The position numbers and the translations under genes were made by a program. A stretch of 64,000 nucleotides of DNA from the human T2T-CHM13v2.0 reference genome, Homo sapiens. Shown here piece after piece: positions 33,312 through 47,662 of the stretch. Position 1 is the first letter of the stretch. Every line of letters starts with the position of its first letter. The notes below the pieces were generated by a model that was given only the letters and a program-made list of their open reading frames with translations, did no database searches and was not told where the DNA came from. The stretch is from assembly GCF_009914755.1 (NCBI RefSeq), contig NC_060926.1; one strand, given 5' to 3'.

Positions 33312-34025
33312 GTACAAAGGATTTGAGATTTGGGTCACATTCTTTGTGAATGTGTGTCTAAGTGTCTAAAAATGGGGATGAACCAGAGCATTTTCATGAT
33401 AAAATTAGGTGTAGGGCCATAGTTCCCTACTTTAGAAGACTGTGCATTAGTCTTCTAAATGGTATATACTAAACTTGATTGACTTAGAGATGCACTGTGA
33501 TGGGTCATAGTATCAGTGTTAAATCCTCAAAAATTATTTAACATGATTTTCATATGTTATTGTTGGATCTTGGGGATTTTAGAATTTTCTCCTTTTGTGG
33601 AATTAACACTATAGAAAACTGCAATATTATTTGCATGACTTCTGATACACTTTTTTCCCTATACATGAATGATAAATGGAAATCAACATGAAATTGCTAA
33701 TGGATAGGGGGTTTCTTTTTGGGGTCATGAAAATGTTCTGAAATTAGTAGTGATGGTTGTACAACTGAATATACTAAAAAACATTCAAGGTACACTTTAA
33801 AAGAGTGAATTTTGTGGCACATGGATTTTTTCCTCAGTAAAGCTGTTATATAAAAAAACATGAGAGAGTAAATTCCTTGGCATATTTTGAATTTTTAGTT
33901 GATGATTATGTTGATAGTAAGCGTGTGCAACATTCATTGCTGTGCCATGTCTTAAGTTATTCAAAATAATCTGCAGTCTTAACTTTGTTCTCGTGAACTT
34001 AGCCTCTGTACTGTGTGTTCTTTAG

Positions 34026-34097
34026 GGACGATTACTTTGCCAAAAAAAATGAAGAAAGAAAACAAAATAAAGTGGAAGCTAAATTAAGAGCTAAACA
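34026..34097 (+). CDS. SSB: SSB exon 7
   Basis: TTTAG|; [23 protein letters not shown]; |GTAAGT. Confidence 0.96.
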
Positions 34098-34403
34098 GTA
34101 AGTATGTTGAACTAATCACGACATAATTTGAATTCCTTAAAACTCTGACAGAAATATAGCTGGTGAGCTCTGAAATAGTGGCAGTAGACCTTTCTCTTTG
34201 CTAGTGAAACACTGAGATCTTAAGCTGCCTTGACAATCTCAGGGCCAAATTGCATTGCAGTCTAGCATTGGACGATCAAAAAAACCTAAGGACTTCTGGC
34301 TTTGGTTAAGTAAGTTTAGTGATCATGATTGGTTAACTTTATTAGGACTTAATTTTCTTATATAGTAAATAGAAGTATGTTATAATTATATTTTTATTTG
34401 TAG

Positions 34404-34446
34404 GGAGCAAGAAGCAAAACAAAAGTTAGAAGAAGATGCTGAAATG
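34404..34446 (+). CDS. SSB: SSB exon 8
   Basis: TGTAG|; EQEAKQKLEEDAEM; |GTAAGT. Confidence 0.96.
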
Positions 34447-34587
34447 GTAAGTATATATTACTGCTATCTAGTACATCTGTAATTCGAAGTTAAATGAATA
34501 GCTTTTAAGTCTGAGGACTTTTTCAAGAAAATACGTAAGCAAAGCTATCTATAGTTGTTATTGCATTAAGTAATACATCAGGTATTA

Positions 34588-34998
<411 letters not shown>

Positions 34999-35123
34999 TT
35001 ATTTTTATGAGAAAATGTCCTATAACTTCTAAAGATTCTAATCATAGGTTAATACTAACATGACTTTTATTTTTGACTTAATAAGATACTGATGTGTATT
35101 TCCATTTAGAAAGTTACAGGTAA

Positions 35124-35396
<273 letters not shown>

Positions 35397-35826
35397 TGAT
35401 CCGCCTGCCTCGGCCTCCCAAAGTGCTGGGATTACAGGTGTCAGCCACTGCGCCCGGCCTAAAAATTTTTTAAAGTATGATAAATACTGCCTAGAATTAT
35501 TTTCCAAGATAGTTTAATAGCCAGATTTATGTAGTTTATAACTAATTAAATACCAGTTGTATAAGAGATCAAATAATATTGAAAGCCATTTTGGAATAAA
35601 GGATGACAAAGGAAAACACCAACACTATGAAACTACTTTATTTATTTATTATTATTATTATTTTTTGAGATGGAGTTTCGCTCTTGCTGCCCCGGCGGAA
35701 GAAACTACTTTAAAATAGCATTTTGGTTTCTAGTCTTTTTCTTGTATAGCTATAAGGTGGTGTGAGTCATTTCTGGTCTGTTGTTGCTTTTAAGAAACTT
35801 TTTGATCACTTTGTATATTTTTATAG

Positions 35827-35991
<165 letters not shown>

Positions 35992-36401
35992 TAGCAATCA
36001 GTTTGAAAATCTGTAGAAACTTAGACAAAATTAGTAGAAAGTAATTTTAAAAATTGTGTTTATTAAATTAGTTTCTACTTGATCATTTGTTATTGCCACT
36101 AGATGTGATGTCTGATATTTTCTGAATTATACTAAATTAGTTTCTACTTGATCATTTACTTTGTTGTTATTGTCACTATATGTGATGTCTGATAGTTTCT
36201 GAATTATACTATGAATAACTGTTCATACTGATGATTGCAGTTTTACTTCTGTAGCATTCCTTTTCTACTGTTCAGTAAAATTCATTCAAACTGGTAAAGA
36301 CATGGAAGGTTTGCAGGGTAGAAAAAATTACTTTGGACAAAGAAATTAATTGTGGGACTAAAAACCAAGGGTATGGCTTTTGTTTTCTGTCTCTGGTATA
36401 G

Positions 36402-36599
<198 letters not shown>

Positions 36600-36602
36600 T
36601 GA

Positions 36603-36899
<297 letters not shown>

Positions 36900-37159
36900 T
36901 GAGAAAATTTCTACTTCCATAAATAAATGATTTGCCAGAGAGAATAGGGATTTGGCTTTTCAACTCCTGGATAAGTGCCATTCTTGGATTATTAACGATT
37001 TACCTCGGTTATGCTGTTGTATAAGTCAGGGACAGGATATTTGGAAGATGAATCTAGAGGTCAGGTCTGTACTAAGAGAAAAGCCTTTTCTCATTGGTGC
37101 AAGGAAGTTGTTGCATCTTTTTCAACAGTATCATTATTAATAATTGTGCTCAGTATTAA

Positions 37160-37300
<141 letters not shown>

Positions 37301-37316
37301 TTTAGTAAACCAATTT

Positions 37317-37322
37317 TTTATT
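37317..37322 (-). terminator. METTL5: METTL5 polyadenylation signal AATAAA
   Basis: TTTATT on + strand, about 42 nt past the METTL5 stop codon. Confidence 0.75.
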
Positions 37323-37363
37323 CATTTTAAATAGGTTTTAAACGACTTTTGTTTGCGGGGCTT

Positions 37364-37402
37364 TTAAAAGGAAAACCGAATTAGGTCCACTTCAATGTCC
37401 AC
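37364..37402 (-). CDS. METTL5: METTL5 last coding exon
   Basis: Minus strand TTTCCTTTCTCACAG|GTG GAC ATT GAA GTG GAC CTA ATT CGG TTT TCC TTT TAA = VDIEVDLIRFSF*. Exons sum to 630 nt = 209 aa + stop. Confidence 0.94.
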   Translation of the reverse strand: MDIEVDLIRFSF

Positions 37403-37575
37403 CTGTGAGAAAGGAAAAATTTTTTTGTTGTTTAACTTGTCTTTTTGTTATGCAAATGAGATTTCTTTGAATGTATTGTTCTGTTTGTGTTATTTCAGAT
37501 GATTCAAATATCAAAAGGAAGATTCTTCCATTAAATTGCCTTTGTAATATGAGAATGTATTAGTACAAACTAACT

Positions 37576-37581
37576 AATAAA
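37576..37581 (+). terminator. SSB: SSB polyadenylation signal AATAAA
   Basis: AATAAA about 275 nt after the stop, upstream TGTA elements, downstream U-rich tract from about 37612. Confidence 0.85.
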
Positions 37582-37670
37582 ATATATACTATATGAAAAG
37601 AGCAAAAACAGTTTTTGATTTTTTTTTTCTTTTTGTACCCAAAGCATTTAGGAAAGAACTAGAATATTAG

Positions 37671-38050
<380 letters not shown>

Positions 38051-38569
38051 CTGTAAAACAAAAGCCACCTAAGGATAAAATTGTATTTCCAAGCGTTTAC
38101 CACCCTTGACTAAACAACAACAACAACAAAAACTAAGAAAAGTGTTAAGTGCTGGTAAGCTGAACATTTTAGAACCTTTAACTTATCCAAGTAGTGACTT
38201 CTGTATTCCTAGCATTAGCCATGGCAGCTTGGCATTTCTGTTATTATGGCCATTTATACTGAAATTTGAGGTTATAAGTGATGAGTTTAGAAGGATAAAC
38301 AGTGGACGAAAAAGTAAATCCTATGAAAATGATGGTACCTTTCTATTTTTAATTTCCTAATAGTCTATAGCTAACTTAATCTCATAACCATATTTATTTC
38401 AAAATTTTCTTACCCAGAGTTTAATAATGGTACTAAGTACCCATTTTCCTCCTAAGCTCTAAAACGAAAACCAGTTTTTCATATTTCTTCCTTCTAAAGA
38501 ATAATGTAGATTCTCCAAACTCTTTACTACTGATCTATTTTAGAGGGATGGCAGTGAGTCTACTACTCC

Positions 38570-39055
<486 letters not shown>

Positions 39056-40472
39056 GCTTGGTATAGTACTGGGACTGTTCTAAGGTGTTCCATACTGCAT
39101 ATAATACCTAAAACTGGCCGGGCGCGGTGGCTCACACCTCTAATCCCAGCACTTTGGGAGGCCAAGGCGGGCGGATGACCTGAGGTGAAGAGTTCGAGAC
39201 CAGCCTGACCAACATGGTGAAACCTCATCTCTACTAAAAATAATAATAAAAAAAAAAACAGCTGGACGTGGTGGTGCGCCTGTAGTCCCAGCTAGTTGGG
39301 GAGACTGAGGCAGGAGAAGAATCCCTTGAACCCAGGAGGTGGAGGTTGCAGTGAGCCAAGATCGTGCTGCTGCACTCCAGCCTGGGCAACAGAGGGAGAC
39401 TCCATCTCAAACAACAAAAAAACACCCCTACTGAAAATAACAGGAAGACGAACAGAAGTGTATATTACATTATTATTATGAACAGTAATATATCTAGCTG
39501 TATGTTTAACACTACAGTGGCAATTCATTGTTAGTTTATTATTGTGAAAAAACATGTTCCCTTATTGCACTCTTATTTCAGGCTTAGATTATAATTAGCT
39601 TCTAGTTATATGCTTTTCCTGTTTTGATGTTTGTGACTATTACCCAATTTAGTAATAAAAATGTATCAAACATGATTTACTCATAGATATTTAGAAGAAA
39701 AAGATAAATGTTATTTGATTCCAGGGGTAATTAGAGAATGAAATTAGAGGCTGGGCTCAGTGGCTCACACCTGTAATCCCAGCACTTTGGGAGGCCGAGG
39801 CTGGAGGATCACTGAGGTCAGGAGTTCAAGACCAGCCCTGCCAACGTGGTGAAACCCTGTCTCTACTAAAGATTAAAAAATTAGCCGGGCGTGGTAGTGC
39901 ATGCCTGTAGTCCCAACTATTTGGGAGACTGAGGCAAGAGCATCGCTTGAACCTGGGAGGTGGAGGTTGCCACTGCACTCCAGCCTGGGTAACAGAGCAA
40001 GGCTTTGTCTCAAAAAAAAAAAAAAAAAAAAAAAAAAGAAAAAAGAAAATGAAATTAGATTATCTAGGAATAATGTGGTGGCATTTTCTATGAATGAATT
40101 TCAAACCAAGATCTGACCAACTCCAAGCCCACTTTTTTTTTTTTTTTGAGACGGAATCTCACTCTGTTGCTTAGGCTAGAGAGCAGTGGCGCGATCTCAG
40201 CTCACTGCAAGCTCCGCCTCCCAGGTTCACACCATTCTTCTGCCTCAGCCTCCTGAATAGCTGGGACTACAGGTGCCTGCCACCACACCTGGCTAATTTT
40301 TTTGTATTTTTAGTAGAGACGGGGTTTCACCATGTTAGCCAGGATAGTCTCAATTTCCTGACCTCGTGATCCGCCTGCCTCAGCCTCCCAAAGTGCTGGG
40401 ATTACAGGCGTGAGCTACCGCGCCCGGCCCACTTTTTTTTTCATTTGTTTGTTTTTGTTTTTTTGAGACTGA

Positions 40473-40577
<105 letters not shown>

Positions 40578-40612
40578 TGAGATTACACGTGTGCGCCACC
40601 ATGCCTGGCTAA

Positions 40613-40792
<180 letters not shown>

Positions 40793-41030
40793 TGAGTCTG
40801 GAGTGACCAAATACCTGAGTGCTATTAGAAATTTTCAGTAAATCGCATAAATTAGGACAGTCTCAGGCTAAGTGTTCATTCTGCTTTTACTCCATTTCCA
40901 ATCTATTACCAATCATGCACATTTTGCCACACTGTAAAGCATAGTTTATCTTCTCAGCACCTGCATGAAAATTTTGGTTGGGCGAATACATGTTGGCCCT
41001 TTTGGATATTAGGATTGAGATTTGTCTTAC

Positions 41031-41082
41031 CTGCTATAATATCTATCTTGATTTTCCATTCTGCAGCTTTCTTTTGAACATG
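41031..41082 (-). CDS. METTL5: METTL5 coding exon 5
   Basis: TTCAG|; HVQKKAAEWKIKIDIIA; G|GTAAGA. Confidence 0.95.
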
Positions 41083-41309
41083 CTGAACATAAATAATATG
41101 TTGTTATGAGCTGATTTTTAAATAATGATTTTTTAAAATTGCTTTTTACTAATACTTGAGATTGAGTTTTTAAGCTTAAAATTTCATTAGAATCTAGACC
41201 CTTATAAAAATTTCAATTGAATGGATAGTATTCTGAAAATAATAAATCAATTTCAATACATTTAACAATCTGAACCAAATCACACAATAAATCCAAGTGA
41301 TAGAAAGCT

Positions 41310-41665
41310 ACTCATGCACCACATAATGCCATTTGGGGTTATCTAGGGACTGCATATATTTTGGTAGTCCCATAAAATTATAAATGGAGCTGAAAAATTG
41401 CTATTGCCTAATGATGTAGCTATCTTGACATCACAGCACAACACATTACCTTCTTGGTGTTTATATATGTTTAGATCAAAAGAATACCATTGTGTTACAA
41501 TTGCCTGTAGTATTCAATACAGTAATAGGTTGACAGGTTTGTAGCCTAGGAACAACAGACTATAACCACAGAGCCTCGGTGGTCCACTCTATGTTTGCAC
41601 AATGATGAAATCACCTCAGAATGCATTAGTCAGAACATATCCCTGTTGTTAAAGGATGCATGACT
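41310..41665. mobile_element. TcMar-Tigger (Tigger3-like) DNA transposon
   Basis: Ends CTCATGCACCACATAATG ... CAGAACATATCCCTGTTGTTAAAGGATGCATGACT resemble Tigger3 terminal inverted repeats. Confidence 0.7.
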
Positions 41666-41832
41666 ATTTCAGAAATCTATCAAAGATGTGTAATGTTCTC
41701 ATATGGTTTCTGTAGCATTATTTCATTGATATATACAGCTAGCTAGCCTAGAAACCATTTGGCAGAGATATAGGTACATGGGGAATTCAGTTCATGCAGT
41801 AAAACTGAGTTTTATAAAATTCATGTTATGCC

Positions 41833-41903
41833 AAGACTATACTTTCAGGGATCATTTCTATAGTTCGTTACTAGAGAAGTTTCTCCGAAAGTGTAGAGCA
41901 CTG
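41833..41903 (+). pseudogene. 3'-truncated U3 snoRNA (SNORD3) retrocopy, about nt 1-71
   Basis: AAGACTATACTTTCAGGGATCATTTCTATAGTTCGTTACTAGAGAAGTTTCTCCGAAAGTGTAGAGCAC = U3 5' domain (boxes A'/A, hinge); boxes B/C/D absent. Confidence 0.93.
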
Positions 41904-43475
41904 TATCATGAAAATGGCCATACTACCCAAGGTAATTTATAGATTCAATGCTATCACCATCAAGCGACCACTGACTTTCTTCACAGAATTGGAAAAAACT
42001 ACTTTAAATTTCATATGGAACCAAAAGAGCCCACATAGCCAAGACAATCCTAAGCAAAAAGAACAAAGCTGGAAGCACCATGCTACCTGACTTCAAACTA
42101 TACTACAAAGCTACAGTAACCAAAATAGCATGGTACTGGTACCAAAACAGATATATAGACCAATGGAACAGAACAGAGGCCTCAGAAATAACACCACACA
42201 TCTACAACCATCTGATCTTTGACAAACCTGACAAAAACAAGCAATGGGAAAAGGATTCCCTATTTAATAAATGGTGCTGGGAAAACTGGCTAGCCATATG
42301 CAGAAAACTGAAACTGGATCCGTTCCTTACACCTTACATGAAAATTAACTCAAGATGGATTAAAAATCTAAATGTAAGACCTAAAAACTCTAGAAGAAAA
42401 CCTAGGCAATACCATTCAGGACATAGGCATGGGCAAAGATTTCATGACCAAAACACCAAAAGCAATGGCAACAAAGCCAAAATTGATAAATGGGATCTAA
42501 TTAAACTAAAGAGCTTCTGCACAGCAAAAGAAACTATCATGAAAGTGAACAGGCAACCTACAGAATGGGAGAACATTTTTGCAATCTATCCATCTGACAA
42601 AGGGCTAATATCCAGAATCTATAAACAACTGAAACAAATTTACAAGAAAAAAAAACCCATCAAAAAAGTGGGCAAAAGATATGAACAGACACTTCCCAAA
42701 AGAAGACATTTATGCAGCCAACAGACATATGAAAAAATGCTCATCATCAGTGGTCATCAGAGAAATGCAAATCAAAACCACAATGAGATACCATCTCATA
42801 CCAGTTAGAATGGCAATCATTAAAAAGTCAGGAAACAACAGATGCTGGAGAGGATGTGGAGAAATAGGAATGCTTTTACACTGTTAGGAGTGTAAATTAG
42901 TTCAACCATTGTGGAAGACAGTGTGGAGATTCTTCAACGATCTAGAACTAGAAATACCATTTGACCCAGCCATCCCATGACTGGGTATATACCCAAAGGG
43001 TTATAAATCATGCTGCTATAAAGACACATGCACATGTATGTTTACTGCGGCACTATTCACAATAGCAAAGACTTGGAACCAACTCAAATGTCCATCGATA
43101 ATAGACTGGATAAAGAAAATGTGGCACATATACACCATGGAATACTATGCAGCCATAAAAAAGGATGAGTTCATGGGATGAAGCTGGAAACCATCATTCT
43201 CAGCAAACTATCACAAGGACAGAAAACCAAACACCGCATGTTCTCACTCATAAGTGGGAGTTGAACAACGAGAACACATGGACACAGGGAGGGGAACATA
43301 ACACACGGGGGCCTGTTGGGGGGTGGGGGGCTGGCGGAGAGATAGCATTAGGAGAAATACCTAATGTAAATGACAAGTTGATGGGTGCAGCAAACCAACA
43401 TGGCACATGTCTACGTATGTAACCTGCATGTTGTGCACATGTACCCTAGAACTTAAAGTATAATTAAAAAAAAAA
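41904..43475 (+). mobile_element. 5'-truncated primate L1PA (ORF2 C-terminus, 3' UTR, poly(A)) fused to the U3 fragment
   Basis: ORFs 41908-42887 give L1 ORF2p fragments ([15 protein letters not shown]; [23 protein letters not shown]; [11 protein letters not shown]; CWRGCGE), frameshifted; ends GTACCCTAGAACTTAAAGTATAAT-A tail; TSD AAAATTCATGTTATGCCAAG at 41816-41835 and 43472-43491. Confidence 0.96.
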
Positions 43476-43492
43476 TTCATGTTATGCCAAGC

Positions 43493-44025
43493 TGTGCAGA
43501 AAAGAGTTCACAGCAGGCCTGGCTGCTTATCCTTAGAAAGGCCTGCTTAGTTTGGCCCTTGTCTGGAGACTGGGAACTTAGATTTTGGGAAGCCTCCCAC
43601 TCCCTACTCCCTTAATAATAGTGACTGACTGTGCCTAACACTGTTTATGCTGAACACCTGTTTTCCTACTGGGAGTCTAGAATTTGGGTATGTGTCAGAA
43701 AGGGAATTGCCTACATGATCAGTCCCTAATAAAAGCCCTGGGCACTGAGTCTCTAATGAGCTTCCCTGGTTGGCAATGTTTCACATGTGTTATCAATAAT
43801 TCATGCTGGGAAAATTAATTGTGTCCTGTGTTATTCTACTGGCAGAAGACTCCAGAAGCCTGGCCCTGGTTTACCCCATTCTCTGCCTAATGCACCTTTC
43901 TCCTTGCTGATTTTGCTCTATATCCTTTCACTGTAATACATCATAGCCATGAATAAGACTAGACGCTGAGTCCTGTGAGATTTCCTAGTGAATCATCAAA
44001 CCTGAGGGTGTTCTTGGGGACACAG
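43493..44025 (+). mobile_element. LTR, MER21-like
   Basis: TGTGCAGAAAAGAGTT...GCAGGCCTG...GGCACTGAGTCTCTAATGAGCTTCCCTGG...GAGTCCTGTGAG...CTAGTGAATCATCAAACCTGAGGGTG.TCTTGGGGACACA. Confidence 0.75.
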
Positions 44026-45075
44026 GTTTGGATACCAATGTTTACTGGTGTTTGCTTTCATATATAGTGAGTGAGGATTTATTTACTAGCTATGTTGTGT
44101 CCTGTTGCTTGCCTACATGTACCACTACTTATTATTAGCAGTATAGTTCTTTTTAGCTGTTATATTTTATGCTTTTTAAAAGGTTATCACATTACCATGT
44201 AACTAGAATGTATTATTTCCAACTGGGTTCTTATGTACTGTATTTACATGAATTAAGTATTTTTCCTACAAAAGCACTTTAAAATCTTTGAATACATGTA
44301 TGATTTAAATAATAATAGCTAACACATAGCAATTACACATGTCAGACACTGATCTAAGTGCTTTGTAAATATTAACTCATGTAATCCTCACAATTCTTAT
44401 GAAGTACAATTGGTACTCTCAGTCCCTTACACTTAGAGTACAGGTGAGGATAGTATAGATGACAAAAGCTCAATTACCTTGATGATGAAACTCAATTACC
44501 TTGACCAAGAAAACAGCTGGGAGGCAGCAGAACTTGGATCTGAACCCAGAGAATCTGGTCTGGCTTCAGAATCTCTGTTCCTAACTATTGTGTTATACTG
44601 ACACTAAAAAAATGTACTGCCCCTTCCCCCAGTTTCCTGGACTACAACTTATACACCTCTCCATGTGTTATATGCTGCAAAAGTAAGAATAGGTGATTTC
44701 TGAACTCAGATCTGTTTAGCTCCAGGCTCAAGTGTTCTGAAAACCTGGCCTTACTGCCTCCCTTAAGTACATCAGGCCACACCGGGACAATGGGACAAAA
44801 GGGATCAATTAAGACTTACTCAGAGAAACCAAAACATACAGTAATCCTAGTTACAACACACTTTTCTACTCCTGAGTTATAGTCTCTCCTCTGGCAACAG
44901 TTCCTGTCTGAAAAAAATCTTTGAGGAAATAAGTCTTATAGCCTGGAAAAAGGCCAATCAGATGCTAGCTGGTTAAGTGGAAAATTTAAGTTTCACATGT
45001 CAAAATGGTCAGGAGAAATAGATACTGTGGTATCTAGTATTCACAGCAAATCCTAAAAACACTGTCATGAATTTA

Positions 45076-45225
<150 letters not shown>

Positions 45226-45439
45226 TTACCTCTTCTCAAAACAGAAGATTAAGTTAGTAGGATTTAGAAACATTTTCTTCCAAACTTCAAAATAGCCACC
45301 TTGAAATCTTTTAGCAATAAGGGTACAAATAAACTATCAAAATATTATTTTAAGGCTGGTAGAATAAAACCAGAATTATACTGTCTTGGTTAAATAAGGA
45401 TAAAGTAAAAATTTTAATATTATATTCCAACATTAATGA

Positions 45440-45746
<307 letters not shown>

Positions 45747-46641
45747 TAATCCACCCACCTCAGCCTCCAAAGTGCTGGGATTATAGGCGTGAGCCACCAC
45801 GCCCGGCCAAACTATGCATGTCTTTTCCTACCCTCACTGACTTCCTAACCTCCTTGCCCACAGTACACACAAAATTAACAGCCACGGTGAGTCACTGTTA
45901 CTGATGGGCACATGTAGAAACCCTTGGGTCTGTTAAGACATTAAAAAACAGATTCTGAAAGTATAAAATTCTTTCTATGTTTCGTATTCATTCATAAGGG
46001 TTAGGCAAATTATTCCTGAAAGCAAATGGGAGATATACAATAAATGACATGACTATCTTTGTTTACTTAATACAAATTTGTAAAAATGAAAGTTGAAAAA
46101 CTCAGTTTCTTAGCCATGCATTAAACAAATTGAAATGTAAATTATAAGAACTATACAAATAAGAGATTGGTTTACTTAATGAAGAGTAATAACATCACTT
46201 AGCCTTGGTTTATTTAATGAAGAGTGATAAAATCACTTAGCCCAAACAGTGATAAAAATGGTTTTTATTTTTGTTTAATTTTTTCTAGACAGGGTCTTGC
46301 TGTTACCAAGGCTGGAGTGCAGTGGCACATTCATGGCTCATCGCAGCCCCGAATACCTGAGCTCAGGTGATCCTCCCACCTCAACCTTCTGAGTAGCTAG
46401 GACTATAGGTGCACCACCACACTTGGGAAATTAAAATTTGTGTGTGTGTGTGTGTGTGTGTGTGGGTAGAGGCAGGGTCTAACTATGTTGCCCGGGATGG
46501 CTACCAATTCCTGGCCCCAAATGATCCTCCTGTATCGGCCTCGCAAAGCACTGGCATTACACGCCTGAGCCACTGCGCCTGGCCTTAAAAATGGTTTTAA
46601 AATCTTTTCTATAAATATACCAATATACCCGATTCTTGTTA

Positions 46642-46893
<252 letters not shown>

Positions 46894-47431
46894 TTAGCTG
46901 TTTTTTTTTTTAAACCATATATCTTTTTAACCCAATTAGCAAAGTAAGAGTGAGTGTTTTCTTCTTTTTTTTTTTCTTTTTTCAGACAGGATCTTGCTGT
47001 GCCACCCAGGTGAGTGTAGTGGTGCCATCTTGCACTGCTCAAGCAATCCTCCCACCTCAGCCTCCCAAGTAGCTGGGACCACAGGCGCACACCACCACAT
47101 CCAGCTAATTTTTGTATTTTTTGTAGACATGGGATTTCACCATGTTGCCCAGGCTGGTCTCAAACTCCTGGGCTCAAGTAATCTGTCCACCTTGGCCTCC
47201 CAAAGTGTTGGGATTACAGGCATGAGCCACTGTGCCCAGTCAAGTGTAACAGCATAATTTCCAAACCCGGCAGGGGTTGGAAACTCAGGTTTGTATAAAA
47301 GGAACTGCTGCTTTCACCATTTTTATTTAATTTTTGTAGTTTGTTTAGATCTTCTGCCCATTCAAAATGTATTCAGTATCAGATTTTTGCTCCCTATATC
47401 TCATTCTGTGGAGTCTCATAAATATAATTCA

Positions 47432-47662
<231 letters not shown>

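Noticed and set aside
41833-41903. Functional intronic U3 snoRNA
   Set aside because: Only the 5' third; no boxes B/C/D, no snRNA-type promoter evident, antisense to the host gene.
42080-42808. 242-aa ORF as an intact gene
   Set aside because: Fragment of L1 ORF2p with frameshifts; element lacks promoter, ORF1, endonuclease and most of the RT.
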